Made by a program: the position numbers and the translations under genes. A stretch of 64,000 nucleotides of DNA from Thermoproteota archaeon (lineage in GTDB: Archaea > Korarchaeota > Korarchaeia > Korarchaeales > Korarchaeaceae). The notes beneath the pieces are model-generated. The model was not told where the DNA came from. It saw nothing but the letters and a program-made list of their open reading frames with translations, and made no database searches. Where the stretch lies: contig JAOZFN010000011.1 in the NCBI GenBank assembly GCA_027492205.1, positions 96,001-160,000 on the forward strand, read 5' to 3'. Below, piece after piece: positions 28,616 to 38,582 of the stretch (positions are counted from its first letter, which is position 1; every line of letters starts with the position of its first letter).

Positions 28616-28855
28616 ATGCCCAAGTTCAAGGTGACCATCGACAGGGACCAGTGCATCAGCGACGGCGTGTGCTGGGCCCTCTGCCCCCAGGTCTTTGAGA
28701 TGAACCCCGACGACGGGAAGTCCCAGATCGTCGAGGAGTACAGGACCGACGACATAGGGACCGGCGTGGTGCCGGAGGACCTCGGCGACTGCGTGAAGCA
28801 GGCCGCCGACGCCTGCCCGGTCCAGATCATACACGTCGAGGAGGTGGAGGGCTGA
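28616..28855 (+). CDS. Monocluster ferredoxin with Asp ligand (CxxDxxC...CP)
   Basis: CISDGVCWALCP...AADACP; ATG at 28616. Confidence 0.93.
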   Translation: MPKFKVTIDRDQCISDGVCWALCPQVFEMNPDDGKSQIVEEYRTDDIGTGVVPEDLGDCVKQAADACPVQIIHVEEVEG

Positions 28856-28875
28856 GCCCCCGACCGGGGCTCACC

Positions 28876-28901
28876 CCCTTTCTTGCTTTCTCACCAAAAA
28901 A
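28876..28901. terminator. Probable bidirectional terminator between ferredoxin and proC
   Basis: CCCTTTCTTGCTTTC on + strand and AAAAA (T-run on - strand). Confidence 0.4.
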
Positions 28902-28903
28902 GC

Positions 28904-29716
28904 TCAGGGCTTTGACTGGCCGTTTATCAATCTGCTCAGGGTCTTTGCCCTCTCTGTGGCCGCCTCCACGGCCTTCATCACCGAGGACCTGACCCCGCCC
29001 TCCTCAATGTAGAATATCCCCTCTATCGTCGTGCCCCCCGGGGTCACTACCATCTCCTTGAGCTGGGCCGGGTGGACCCCCTGCTCCAGCACCATCTTGG
29101 CTGCCCCCAGCAGCGTCTGGGCCGCGGACTTCAGGGCGACGTCCCTCGGCAGGCCGACCTTCAGCCCGGCGTACATCAGGGCCTCTATGAAGAGGGCGGC
29201 GTAGGCGGGCCCGCTCCCGCTCAGCCCGGTCACGGCGTCCATCAGCTCCTCGTGGACCTCCTCGCAGGTTCCGAGGCAGCCGAACAGCTCCTTGACGAGC
29301 TTTACGTCCTCGTCCGTGACTCTGGGCCCCCTGCAAAAGGCCGTGAAGGACTCCCTGACCGACACGGCTATGTTGGGCATGGCCCTTATGACCCTGGCCC
29401 CCGGCGCAGCCTTCCCCAGGGTCTCGGTGCTGACGGCCGCTGCCAGGGATATCAGGAGCTTCCCTTCGATCTCCTCAGAAATCTCTGCCGCCACTCCCGC
29501 GGCCTTGTGCGGCTTGACCGCGAGTATGATCACGTCCGCCTCCCTGGCAGCCCGCCTGTTGTCGGATGTGAGTTCCACACCCTTCTCCGCCAGGTGCCTC
29601 GCCCTCTCGATCCTCCTCCTGGTTGCGACAACCCTCCAGCCCGACTCCGCTAGGGCGGCGGCGACGGCTCCCCCTATGGCGCCGGCGCCTATCACCGCAA
29701 CGACCTGCCTGCTCAC
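28904..29716 (-). CDS. proC: Pyrroline-5-carboxylate reductase
   Basis: IGAGAIG, LAVKP, RAMPN, TGLSGSGPAY, TPGGTTIEG. Confidence 0.95.
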   Translation of the reverse strand: MSRQVVAVIGAGAIGGAVAAALAESGWRVVATRRRIERARHLAEKGVELTSDNRRAAREADVIILAVKPHKAAGVAAEISEEIEGKLLISLAAAVSTETLGKAAPGARVIRAMPNIAVSVRESFTAFCRGPRVTDEDVKLVKELFGCLGTCEEVHEELMDAVTGLSGSGPAYAALFIEALMYAGLKVGLPRDVALKSAAQTLLGAAKMVLEQGVHPAQLKEMVVTPGGTTIEGIFYIEEGGVRSSVMKAVEAATERAKTLSRLINGQSKP

Positions 29717-29802
29717 AGGGCCTCACACCCCAGCACGCGATATAATAAGTTGTGCCCAGCCTCCTAGAGGTTCGAACTGTCCGCGGCACTTCCACGGGGA
29801 AC

Positions 29803-30120
29803 TCATCCTGATCTGCAGGCGCCAGATCTGGTCGCAGGCTCTACCCGAGGCCGTCCCCTCTTGACCCCTGCGACCCCGAACTCCCAAACGCTTACCTTGC
29901 CGTACCATCTTTTAACGCGGGGGCATTGCCAGGATCTCCCAAATCTCCTGCGCGCTCTGGCGAGCATGGCAACCCAGACTGCTCTCCTGACTCCCCTAGA
30001 TCCAGATATCATAGCATAGGCGTACCACGGGGCGGGAGTCAGCGCGGCCCACGCCACGGCCCTGCGCGCCCAGGGCTCTAGGATGGGCAGGGCCTTCTCG
30101 AGGCCAGACCCTAACCCCAC
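29803..30120 (-). CDS. Hypothetical protein or degraded remnant
   Basis: TTTTTATG box and GGAGG upstream of GTG; no recognised motif. Confidence 0.3.
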   Translation of the reverse strand: MGLGSGLEKALPILEPWARRAVAWAALTPAPWYAYAMISGSRGVRRAVWVAMLARARRRFGRSWQCPRVKRWYGKVSVWEFGVAGVKRGRPRVEPATRSGACRSG

Positions 30121-30274
30121 CGACCCTCCACTAACTCGACTTCATAAAAACGATATCTAGGGATCAATTAGGTGCTGGCGCTGGCGCGATCCCCGGCGAG
30201 CGCGTGTAATTCTTCTTCAGGCAGGCCTCGCGAATTCTCGGGTCCCAGGAGTCCTAAGAAGGTCAAGGGCCTGG

Positions 30275-30625
30275 CTAGCCAACCCTCACGTAGGAGACCC
30301 TCAGCCTCTTCAAGTAGTGACTCGCCTGCCTCCTGGTCACCAGGTGCAGCTCAAAGGGGTGCCTCGGCGGCAGGCCAGCCAGTCTCTCTATGCGGCTCTT
30401 CAGCTCTTCAGCCTCTAGGAAGTCATCTGGAACATTGTTCGACGCCACCAAGACATCTACGTCGCTTGCCGCCGTTAGCCTCCCCTCAACGACGCTCCCG
30501 AAGATGAACACCTCTGCATCCTCGCCCAAGGTCTCCTTGACCGACCTCACGATGAGCGGTATCCACTCTCTCCACTCCTTCAGGATCTCAACCCTCTCTA
30601 GCCTTGCTCTTACACCTCTTCGCAA
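30275..30625 (-). CDS. Minimal nucleotidyltransferase (MNT)
   Basis: FGSVVEG.....SDVDVLV (GSx10DxD). Confidence 0.9.
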   Translation of the reverse strand: MRRGVRARLERVEILKEWREWIPLIVRSVKETLGEDAEVFIFGSVVEGRLTAASDVDVLVASNNVPDDFLEAEELKSRIERLAGLPPRHPFELHLVTRRQASHYLKRLRVSYVRVG

Positions 30626-30995
30626 GGCCTATCACCTCTTCGGCCACCCCGATGAACTTCAGAGCGTGGGACTGTTTGAACCTCCTGACCCCATACCTCG
30701 AGCTGAAGTAGGCGTCCGTCAGGTGATCCAGCCTGTCTCTGAACCTAGCCATGAATTCGGCCACCGGCTCCCCACAGGCCTCCATGAGCCAGTCCTCGAC
30801 GAGCTCAACTAGGTCGTGGGTTCGAGGGTAGGTCCCAACGACCTCCAAGAGCGTCCCCTTCAGGTACAGCTCAGCCGCCTGGTGGGCGCTGAAGACCGCC
30901 AGATCGTACGCACCCACCGAGAGATTGTACTTCGCACTCCTGAGGAAGTCTTCTCCCCGCCTGCATAGGAGTTGAGCCTCGTCCGAGCTGCCCAA
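30588..30995 (-). CDS. HEPN domain protein (HEPN-MNT module)
   Basis: YDLAVFSAHQAAELYLK, PRTHDL, YFSSRY; overlaps the MNT gene. Confidence 0.9.
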   Translation of the reverse strand: MGSSDEAQLLCRRGEDFLRSAKYNLSVGAYDLAVFSAHQAAELYLKGTLLEVVGTYPRTHDLVELVEDWLMEACGEPVAEFMARFRDRLDHLTDAYFSSRYGVRRFKQSHALKFIGVAEEVIGLAKRCKSKAREG

Positions 30996-31094
30996 CGCCC
31001 TCCTCTACCCGTTCTTTTGGTGAGGGGTTATAAATAAAGGGAGAAGTGGACCGCCGGAGGGGACACGGGGCCGCCCTTAAGAGATGATGATAAT

Positions 31095-31397
31095 GTACCT
31101 CGGCCTCTCAGCCTCTCCCACCTCAGGTAGAGCTGAGCGATCTCGTCAAAGGTCATCCACACGACCCTACCCTCCCTCCCCAGTGGGTCGACGATCTCGT
31201 CAGCCAACGGTCGTAGGACTTGAGGACCCCCTCCACCTCCTCCTCGCTCGCCCCAGTCTGGTACAGGTGGGAGCTGACCCACCAGACGTTCACGAACCTC
31301 TCACGGACACTCCAGCAGCCTCTCGAGCCTGAAATCCTCAATCTCACACGAACATGCCCCTAGGCGAGCCTTCAGGTCAGGCTCCAACCCTCCCATG
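31095..31397 (-). pseudogene. Frameshifted C-terminal remnant, possibly polysaccharide-deacetylase-like
   Basis: Joined frames read RFVNVWWVSSHLYQ..KSYDRWL/DEIVDPLGREGRVVWMTFDEIAQLYLRWE. Confidence 0.4.
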
Positions 31398-31479
31398 GGG
31401 TGGAAAAGTAGAGGAGGGGTGAGGGGGACCCGGATCGCCGGTGGCCTTGAACTCGACATTTCTCATCGGGCGCAGAGAT

Positions 31480-33351
31480 CTACTCGCTCAGACTCACTCC
31501 GGCCCTCTCTAACCCCTCAATCACATAGTCGAGGCCGAAGTCCCTCAGTGTTGACTTTCTGGGTATCCCGCGCTCGTCCCAACCCCTGATCTCGTAGTAG
31601 TAGCTGAGGAGCCGGTCGTAGATCCCCCTGTCGAGCTTCTGCCCCGCGTACGGCCCCACGGTAAGGGGGTGCTCGAACCACCTGTCGGGCGGGTAGTCCA
31701 TACTCCTGTCCCAGCTCGGGTTCTCCCTAACCCAGAGGCCCCTGACCAGGTTGTAGATCCTGTCCGCGATCCTCTTCAGGTCGTCCCACTTGAACTCAAG
31801 CCCGGTGGCCGCGTGGAGGTACTTCTCGTACCACTCCAGGTCGAAGCCCAGCTCGATCCAGGGCAGCCTGCAGGTCACGGCCGCCTCGAAGAAACCTCCC
31901 CTTATCCTCTGCATCTCTATGAGGCTCTCCACCTTCTCCCTGCTGACCACCTCCCTGCCCATCTTCAGCTCCCAGGCGATGAACCAGGCGTCCTTGTGGT
32001 GGGCCCCTATCGGGCTGGTCCCGTACGCGAGGGCCATGCCCGGCAGGGTGTGGCAGTCGTAGGCGGAGATCTCCAGGCCCTTCACGTGCATTGCGAACTT
32101 CTCCGCCTCTGGCCCGAGCCCCTTGGCCAGCTTGGCGGTGCCCTCGGCCATGGCGTCACCGAAGCCCCTCCTCTCGGCCAGCATCTCGGCCAGCCTGAGC
32201 ATGGCCTCGCCGTCGCCCCACCTTGGCCGAATTCCCTCGAGCTTGGCGTCAGAGATCATGCCAAGCTCGTAGGCCTCGGTGACGAACGCCAGCACGCTCC
32301 CCATGGATATCGTGTCTATCCCCTGCTCGTCCGCGAAAAGGTTGAGCGTCAGCACCCAGTTCATGTCGTCGATCCCCAGGTTCGAGCCGAGCATGGCGGC
32401 GTTCTCGTAGTCCAGCTCGGTCCTCCTTCCGACGTAGGGGCCGCCCTTGATCTCGTTGACCATTCCGCAGACCATGTTGCAGTTGGGGCAGCCCTTCTGA
32501 GCAACCTTGAACTCCCTCTCCATCGTGGCGCCGCTGATTCCCTCCCAGCCGTCGAACACGCCCTCCCTGAAGTTGAACGTAGGGAGGGTGCCGTTCTTCT
32601 GGCACCACTCCACCGTCATCATGGTGCCCTGCCTCATCCAGAAGGCGTAGGCGTCGGCGTCCCTCACGGCCAAGTACCCCTGCCTGCCCAGCTCCAGGAG
32701 CTCGTCCCTCCTGGCCGCCGGGATCTCCTTGGTACCCCTTATCACGACGGCCTTCAGGTTCTTGGAGCCCATCACGGCCCCGATGCCCGGCCTGCCGCCG
32801 GCCCTGCCGTGCTCGGAGGTGATCACGGCGAACTTGATCAGCCTCTCTCCGCCTTGCCCTATGGTGAGGATCCCGGCCCCGGGGTACTTCTCCTCCAAGA
32901 CGTCCTGGACCTCCTCGGCGCTCTTGCCCCAGAGGTCTCCCGCCCCCTCGAGCCTCACGTCCTCGTCCTCTATCACCAGCACGCTGGGCTGCGGGGCCCT
33001 TCCCTGGACCACCACCAGGTCGTAGCCGGCCTTCTTCAACTGGACGGCCGCCTTCGTGCCGATGTTCCCGTCCCCGTACCCGCCCGTCAGCGGGGACTTG
33101 GCGGCCACCACGAGCTTCCCGCTGCTCGGGAGTAGGAGGCCCGTCAGGGGGCCGGTGGCGAAGATGAGCCGGTTCTCCGGAGAGAGCGGGTCGGTGCCCT
33201 TCTCGAGCTCGTCCCAAAGTATCTTGGCGGCAAAACCCCTTCCCCCCAAGAGCTCGACGGCCACCTTTGGGCTGAGGTCCTGAACGGAGTGCTTACCCCT
33301 CTCCAGGTCCACCCTGAGTATGCGACCGGTCCAGCCTCCGGAGATCCTCAT
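31480..33351 (-). CDS. for: Tungsten aldehyde:ferredoxin oxidoreductase, FOR (formaldehyde) type
   Basis: AKSPLTGGYGDGN, GRPGIGAVMGSKNLK, FWMRQGT, GCPNCNMVCG, ELDYEN, DTISMG, GAHHKDAW, CRLPW as recalled for P. furiosus FOR. Confidence 0.9.
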   Translation of the reverse strand: MRISGGWTGRILRVDLERGKHSVQDLSPKVAVELLGGRGFAAKILWDELEKGTDPLSPENRLIFATGPLTGLLLPSSGKLVVAAKSPLTGGYGDGNIGTKAAVQLKKAGYDLVVVQGRAPQPSVLVIEDEDVRLEGAGDLWGKSAEEVQDVLEEKYPGAGILTIGQGGERLIKFAVITSEHGRAGGRPGIGAVMGSKNLKAVVIRGTKEIPAARRDELLELGRQGYLAVRDADAYAFWMRQGTMMTVEWCQKNGTLPTFNFREGVFDGWEGISGATMEREFKVAQKGCPNCNMVCGMVNEIKGGPYVGRRTELDYENAAMLGSNLGIDDMNWVLTLNLFADEQGIDTISMGSVLAFVTEAYELGMISDAKLEGIRPRWGDGEAMLRLAEMLAERRGFGDAMAEGTAKLAKGLGPEAEKFAMHVKGLEISAYDCHTLPGMALAYGTSPIGAHHKDAWFIAWELKMGREVVSREKVESLIEMQRIRGGFFEAAVTCRLPWIELGFDLEWYEKYLHAATGLEFKWDDLKRIADRIYNLVRGLWVRENPSWDRSMDYPPDRWFEHPLTVGPYAGQKLDRGIYDRLLSYYYEIRGWDERGIPRKSTLRDFGLDYVIEGLERAGVSLSE

Positions 33352-33399
33352 GGGAACCGACCGATCTCTGTTGAATGTAAAAGATATAAACCTCCATTA

Positions 33400-34125
33400 C
33401 CTGGCCTGCGAGAGGAACAAAGCCCCAGTTCCAGGGCCGAGACCCAGATGACCGACCGCCTCAGGCCTTCTCGCCCGACCCAGCCCTCGGGGGTGCTGAG
33501 TATCCTGGAGACCGAGGTCCTGGGCCAGCAACACCCCCCTCGGAGAGGGGCTCCACGCCCGGGGGTGACCACAGGCCATCAGTCAGCCTGGCGAGCACCC
33601 TGATCCCCCTGCACCTTCGCCCTGGGTACGCCGGCCCTCTACAGGGCCTGGCCCGTCGTGGCGTCTCCGAAGACCACCCTCACGCCGATCCCCCCGAGCT
33701 CCTCCACTGCCTCGTTCCTGTCCCTGTCGGAGGGCAGGAAGAGCGCCACCACCTCCATCCCGGCCCGTCTGAGGTCCCTGGCCACCCTCCTCCCCAGGTG
33801 GCCCAGGCCTACCACAACCGCGTGCCCCTCCATCGCCCTCACCCTTATCTCCGTTCTCGTCTCGCGGTCGAGGCTCTCGACCTCCACGAAGCCGAGGACG
33901 GGCACAATCCTGAGAGAGAAGAAGGACACCCAGATGAGCCACTCGTGCGGGTCCCTGGGGGTCCTTATCTCCTCCCGAGCTCGAAGACCCCCCTGAGGGT
34001 CTCACCCCCCTGGCGTACGCGGAGATCGCCGCTATGAGCGCCATGAGGCCCACAAAGGCCAGGGTCGTCCTCAGGGCCCGAGAGTAGGCGAGGACGACCC
34101 TGATCGCCAGGCGGAGCCAGCCCAT
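33400..34125 (-). pseudogene. Degraded potassium channel / TrkA-N (RCK) gene
   Basis: N-terminal TM, frameshift, HAVVVGLGHLGRRVA..VVFGDATTGQAL*RAGVPRAK with in-frame TAG at 33639-33641; no pore signature left. Confidence 0.65.
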
Positions 34126-34291
34126 GCGGGTGATCACACCCGGCCGAGGCGCCGGCGGTTGAAGTTAACCGTTTTTCCAACGCGGCGCGACCCCGACCAC
34201 CCGCCCGGGCCTCGGAGAAAGGGGTGGGAAGCCGGTTGACGCGGCCTTCGCCGCTCCACTTATATTCGCGTGGGAACCCCCGAGCCGTCGG

Positions 34292-35248
34292 ATGCCGCGC
34301 CCACTCCTGATCTCGGTCTTCCTGGCCCTCTCCCTGGTGGTAGGCGCCGCGGCTGCCTGGGCCGACGGGGTCGACTTCTCCCTGACCTGGGCCTTCGACA
34401 GCTGGGCGAACGACCAGGCAGGGGAGGTCGTTTGGGTATACGAGCCCGGGGAGACCGCGATCTTGGACATCAACCTGACAAATCAGTGCGACCTGACCTT
34501 TGAGGTCGAGCGTGTCAGACTGATCGCGGAGTGGATGGCTGAGGGCGAGCACGCCGAGCTGGCAGTCAATCCGCCGGTGAAGGTCACCCCCCAGGGGGAG
34601 GCTACGCTGGGGAGGTTGGCCGTGAGAATCCCTGGGGACCTCAGGCCGGGCGCGTACTACTACGAGTTCGAGGTGGACGTCCGAGTACTGTACGGTGACG
34701 AGTGGAGGGTCGAGACTTACACGGCCCCCGGGTTCAGGGACCTCTTGGTGGCCCCCGGCAGGGCTCGGTTGGACGTCGACTACGACACCGAGGAGGGCTT
34801 CACCTCCAGGAGCGGCGGAGAGGTGAGGTTCAGGGTTCACGTGGCGAACGAGGGAACCGCGGCCACTACGGTGGAGTACGTCAGGATCTACCCTGGTTGG
34901 CCGGGAGGAGAGTACGGGGGAGAGTTCTTCAACTGCCTAGAACCCGGCAGCGAGCCTCTGCTTGGTCCGGGCGAGGAACTGAACCTGGAGTGCAGGATCC
35001 CGATACCCTCCGACGTCCCGGAGGGCAGGTACGTCTCGTCCTTGGAGGTGGGGACCGTCACCGAGATTCTGGGCGGTCTGTACAGGGAGCTCTGGTCGCC
35101 CGGGTATGGCGTAGACTACGAGGTCTTGAAGCCGGAGCCCTTCATCGAGAAATACAAGGAGGCCCTGGGCATCCTCACAGCAACCGCGTCCGCGGTCTCC
35201 GTGGTGATAGGGGTCTACAAGAAGTGGAAGGGCGGGTCGAAGGGCTGA
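34292..35248 (+). CDS. Secreted/surface protein with two Ig-like beta domains and C-terminal TM
   Basis: Signal peptide; repeated PGE..N....V..VR..W..IP.D..PG.Y pattern; TM then YKKWK. Confidence 0.7.
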   Translation: MPRPLLISVFLALSLVVGAAAAWADGVDFSLTWAFDSWANDQAGEVVWVYEPGETAILDINLTNQCDLTFEVERVRLIAEWMAEGEHAELAVNPPVKVTPQGEATLGRLAVRIPGDLRPGAYYYEFEVDVRVLYGDEWRVETYTAPGFRDLLVAPGRARLDVDYDTEEGFTSRSGGEVRFRVHVANEGTAATTVEYVRIYPGWPGGEYGGEFFNCLEPGSEPLLGPGEELNLECRIPIPSDVPEGRYVSSLEVGTVTEILGGLYRELWSPGYGVDYEVLKPEPFIEKYKEALGILTATASAVSVVIGVYKKWKGGSKG

Positions 35249-35270
35249 CCCAGGCGGGTCGCCCGGCTCC

Positions 35271-35618
35271 TCATTTCGCCCCGTCCGGCCTCTCGAGCCT
35301 CTGCCAGAGTTCAGACGCCGACCTGAGGACCCTCCCCACCGACTCCGCTCCCTTGGCGGTGGGCCTGTAGCAGGTGACGTACCTGAGCCCCCTGAGGCAC
35401 CTGAACCTCTTGATGTAGCCCTCCCTCTCTAGTCTGTCCAGGTGCGCCCCCAGGTTTCCGGGGGTCAGCCCGAGGACTTCGCGGATCTCTGAGAACGTCG
35501 CCTGTCCCCTGAGCAGGAGGATCAGCATTATAGCCAGCCTGGCCGGGGAGGACAGCGGCCCCTGAGAGAGGGTGGAGAGGAACTCCCTGACGGCTCCGCC
35601 CGGGCCCTCAGCGTCCAC
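35271..35618 (-). CDS. Winged-helix regulator (HTH_34/ArsR-like)
   Basis: RLAIM..TFSEIREVLGLTPGNLGAHLDRLEREGYI..TAKG. Confidence 0.85.
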   Translation of the reverse strand: MDAEGPGGAVREFLSTLSQGPLSSPARLAIMLILLLRGQATFSEIREVLGLTPGNLGAHLDRLEREGYIKRFRCLRGLRYVTCYRPTAKGAESVGRVLRSASELWQRLERPDGAK

Positions 35619-36279
35619 CTGAGAGCACCCTCCTGGCCTTCGCCGCGTAGGAGAGCCCGGCCCAGGCGTAGCTCAGGGAGATGGTCAGGATCATCGCCAC
35701 GTACTGGGTCACGTCGCTGTCCAGGGGCAGAAGCAGGGGCACCGAGGCCAGGTTGACCGCCCCGACTATCGCGGGCTCCCTGCCCGGGTCCCTCCCCCTC
35801 AACCTCTCGACTGCCCAGTTGGATAGGTTCCCCAGGCCGAGCGCCGGGCAGAGGCTGATGGTGAGCTTGTCGGCCCACGTGAGGTGGTAGAACCTGCCGA
35901 CGGCGAGGGGGAGGCCGGCCCCGACGGCGAAGGCCAGGACCCACGCCGCCGCGACCCGCGACCTCGCCCTCAGCCACGGCGTCTCACGATCCGAGAGCGC
36001 CCTCGACAGCTCCTCCACCCTCGACATGTTCTCGGCGAAGGCCCGCGTTATCAGGGCGGCTATGGTCAGCCATATGGCGGCCTGCAGGGCGCCGACGGTC
36101 CCGGGCGAAGCTGGCAGGGCGCTCACCGCCAGGGAGAGGCCTCCCCCCAGAAGCCCCGCCGCCGCCCACCAGGCGTAGAGCTTCGATACGGCGGCCAATC
36201 GCTCGTACTCCAGGTATCTCCTCAGGCGGTCGAGGGTCCTGGTGAACTCCCTGAGGTTCTCGATGTCCGCATCCGGCAC
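35608..36279 (-). CDS. Integral membrane protein coupled to the wHTH gene
   Basis: About 6 TM helices; overlaps the downstream start. Confidence 0.7.
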   Translation of the reverse strand: MPDADIENLREFTRTLDRLRRYLEYERLAAVSKLYAWWAAAGLLGGGLSLAVSALPASPGTVGALQAAIWLTIAALITRAFAENMSRVEELSRALSDRETPWLRARSRVAAAWVLAFAVGAGLPLAVGRFYHLTWADKLTISLCPALGLGNLSNWAVERLRGRDPGREPAIVGAVNLASVPLLLPLDSDVTQYVAMILTISLSYAWAGLSYAAKARRVLSGGR

Positions 36280-36376
36280 GCGCCCCCCTCCGGCGCTCTA
36301 AATTAACCTCCCACCTTTGTCTGCGGCGCAGAGGACCGCACCACCTTATAATCAGGGGCGTGGGCTTTAGGGCGGC

Positions 36377-37312
36377 ATGCCGGCGGTAGAGGTGAACGAG
36401 GTTCGGAAGTCCTACGGGGACGTGGTGGCGCTGGACGGGGTCTCCCTGGCCGTCGACGACGGTGAGATCTACGGCCTGCTGGGACCAAACGGGGCCGGAA
36501 AGACGACGCTCATGGAGATCATAGCTGGCCTGAGGGCCCCGGACTCGGGGGAGGTGAGGGTGCTAGGGGTCGACGTCGTCGAGCATCCCAGGAGGGTCAG
36601 GGAGCTCGTCGGCTTCAACCCCCAGGAGACCCTCCTGTACGACTCCCTCACCGCCAGGGAGAACCTCGAGTTCGTCGCGGCGCTGTACTCCATGCCCCGC
36701 GACGAGTTTCAGAGGAGGCTCGAGGAGCTCACCGATCTGCTGGGAATGGCTGAGTTCCTGGACAGACGGACGGGGAAGCTCTCCGGAGGACAGCGGAGGA
36801 GGGTGAGCCTAGCAGCCTCGCTCCTCCACCGGCCGCCGGTCATAATTCTGGACGAGCCCACCGTTGGCCTGGACCCGGACGCAAGGAGGGACTTCTGGGA
36901 CCTCATAGAGGGGCTGAGGTCGGAGGGCCGCACGCTGCTCATCAGCACTCACTACATGGAGGAGGCGGACGAGCTGTGCGACAGGGTGGCGATAATCGAC
37001 CGGGGGAGGATAGTCGCGGTCGGGCGACCGGAGGAGCTGAAGGCCAGGCGCGGGGGGAGGTCCAAGGTGATCGTGAGGGTCAGGAGGAGGCACGTGGACA
37101 GGGCGCTGGAGATCTTGGGGGGTCACTCGCCCTCGCTGACCGCCGATGGCATCGTGATCGAGGCCGAGGACCCGAGGACCCTCGTCCCCGACTTGGTCTC
37201 TCTCCTCCAGTCGAAGGGGGTCGACCCGGAGAGCGTCGAGATCAGGTCTCCGACTCTGGAGGACGTGTTCCTGAACCTCACCGGGAGGAGACTCGCGGAG
37301 GTGGTCGAATGA
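36377..37312 (+). CDS. ABC-2 exporter ATP-binding subunit (DrrA-like)
   Basis: GPNGAGKT, LSGGQ, ILDEPT, STHYMEE, TLEDVF. Confidence 0.95.
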   Translation: MPAVEVNEVRKSYGDVVALDGVSLAVDDGEIYGLLGPNGAGKTTLMEIIAGLRAPDSGEVRVLGVDVVEHPRRVRELVGFNPQETLLYDSLTARENLEFVAALYSMPRDEFQRRLEELTDLLGMAEFLDRRTGKLSGGQRRRVSLAASLLHRPPVIILDEPTVGLDPDARRDFWDLIEGLRSEGRTLLISTHYMEEADELCDRVAIIDRGRIVAVGRPEELKARRGGRSKVIVRVRRRHVDRALEILGGHSPSLTADGIVIEAEDPRTLVPDLVSLLQSKGVDPESVEIRSPTLEDVFLNLTGRRLAEVVE

Positions 37313-38538
37313 GGCCCTGGGCGGCGATCGCGAAGAAGGACGCGCTCCTCTTCTTCAGGAGCAGGTCCACCCTCTTCTGGACCCTCGCGTTCCCCCTGGT
37401 CATGATGCTGCTCTTCTCGGCGATATTCGGGGGGCAGGGCGGCTCTATGTACGACGTGGCGCTGGTGGACCGCGACGGCGGTCAGCTGGCCCGCGCCTTC
37501 GCGGGGGCCCTGAACTCCACCGGCCTGTTCAACCTCCACCGATTTGACGACCTCGAGGTCGCGAGGGAGGCCGTGAAGCTGGGGAGGGAGGACCTAGTCG
37601 GCCTCCTGGTGATTCCTCCGGGCTTCACCGAGAACCTGACCTCCGGCAGGGGGGCTAGGATACAGTTCTTCGTCAGGGAGGGGAGCCCACAGACGCAGCA
37701 GGCCGTCGCGTCCATGATCGCCGGGTTCGTCGAGGGGTTCAACGAGGAGTACAGGCGCAGGGCCCTAGAGATGATGTCGGCCTACATCCCCGAGAACCTC
37801 TCGGTCCACGGGCTCGGGGGGGCCATGACCAGGGAGGACCTGATCGAGTACCTCGAGACTTTCGCAAGCCCGGTCGACGTCAGGGTGGCCCTGATCAGCA
37901 GGCCGGAGGTGACCTCCGAGACCGCGGCCTACTGGGAGAACGAGGGGCACTGGGTCTCCATAATGTTCGCCTACTCGTTCATATTCTCAGGGATGGTCGG
38001 GGCTGCGGCCTTGCTGGCCGGGGAGAAGATGGCCAAGACGCTGAAGAGGATCAGGATGTCCCCGGCCTCGATATGGCAGCTGCTGGCGGGAAAGGTCGTC
38101 GGCGAGCTGGTCATCCTCACGCTGTCACAGATCGCGCTCGTCGCCGCCACGGTCCTGATCCTGAGGCCGCAGATAAACTGGAGTCCGGCCCTCGTGCCGC
38201 TGATCTTGGCCGGGGACCTTGCCGGGGCAAGCCTCGGCCTTCTCGTGGCGGAGGCCTCCCCCGACCCTCGGGCAGCGGCCGAGGCGACGACGGCCGTCGG
38301 CGTCTTCCTGCAGTTCTTCATAGGGATGTACTTCCCGGTGCAGTTCCTCCCCGGTCCGCTGAGGGCGTTTGCCAGGGTTCTTCCGTTCACCAAGGCCGTC
38401 CAGGCCCTCGACCTGATCCTCCTTCAGGGGTACGGCCTAGAGCAGGTGGTGGCTCCGGCCGCCTATCTCTCTATATCGGCCGTCATCTTCACGGCTCTGG
38501 CCGTGGCGCTGTTCCCGAAGTGGGCTGGCGAGGAGTAG
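37309..38538 (+). CDS. ABC-2 permease
   Basis: ATGA overlap; FWTLAFP, large extracellular loop, EK..TLKR. Confidence 0.9.
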   Translation: MRPWAAIAKKDALLFFRSRSTLFWTLAFPLVMMLLFSAIFGGQGGSMYDVALVDRDGGQLARAFAGALNSTGLFNLHRFDDLEVAREAVKLGREDLVGLLVIPPGFTENLTSGRGARIQFFVREGSPQTQQAVASMIAGFVEGFNEEYRRRALEMMSAYIPENLSVHGLGGAMTREDLIEYLETFASPVDVRVALISRPEVTSETAAYWENEGHWVSIMFAYSFIFSGMVGAAALLAGEKMAKTLKRIRMSPASIWQLLAGKVVGELVILTLSQIALVAATVLILRPQINWSPALVPLILAGDLAGASLGLLVAEASPDPRAAAEATTAVGVFLQFFIGMYFPVQFLPGPLRAFARVLPFTKAVQALDLILLQGYGLEQVVAPAAYLSISAVIFTALAVALFPKWAGEE

Positions 38539-38582
38539 CCGGGGTCGCCGAGATCCTGGTGGGGGGAGGGGGCCTCCTGACC

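Noticed and set aside
29717-29800. Possible coding fragment running into proC
   Set aside because: TTATTATA about 25 nt upstream of the proC start is better read as its TATA box
31084-31137. ATGATGA...CTGA about 54 nt apart, like a C/D-box sRNA
   Set aside because: No recognisable D'/C' boxes, and the 3' part is antisense to a pseudogene remnant
31669-33217. Long alternative-frame or antisense ORFs (488 aa and 322 aa here; also 18158-19090, 26714-27718, 45099-46181)
   Set aside because: Shadow ORFs of high-GC genes with no motifs
33639-33641. In-frame TAG in the TrkA-N remnant (also TAG/TGA in the HCO remnant) as pyrrolysine/selenocysteine recoding
   Set aside because: The same genes carry frameshifts and deletions; no pyl/sel genes or SECIS seen
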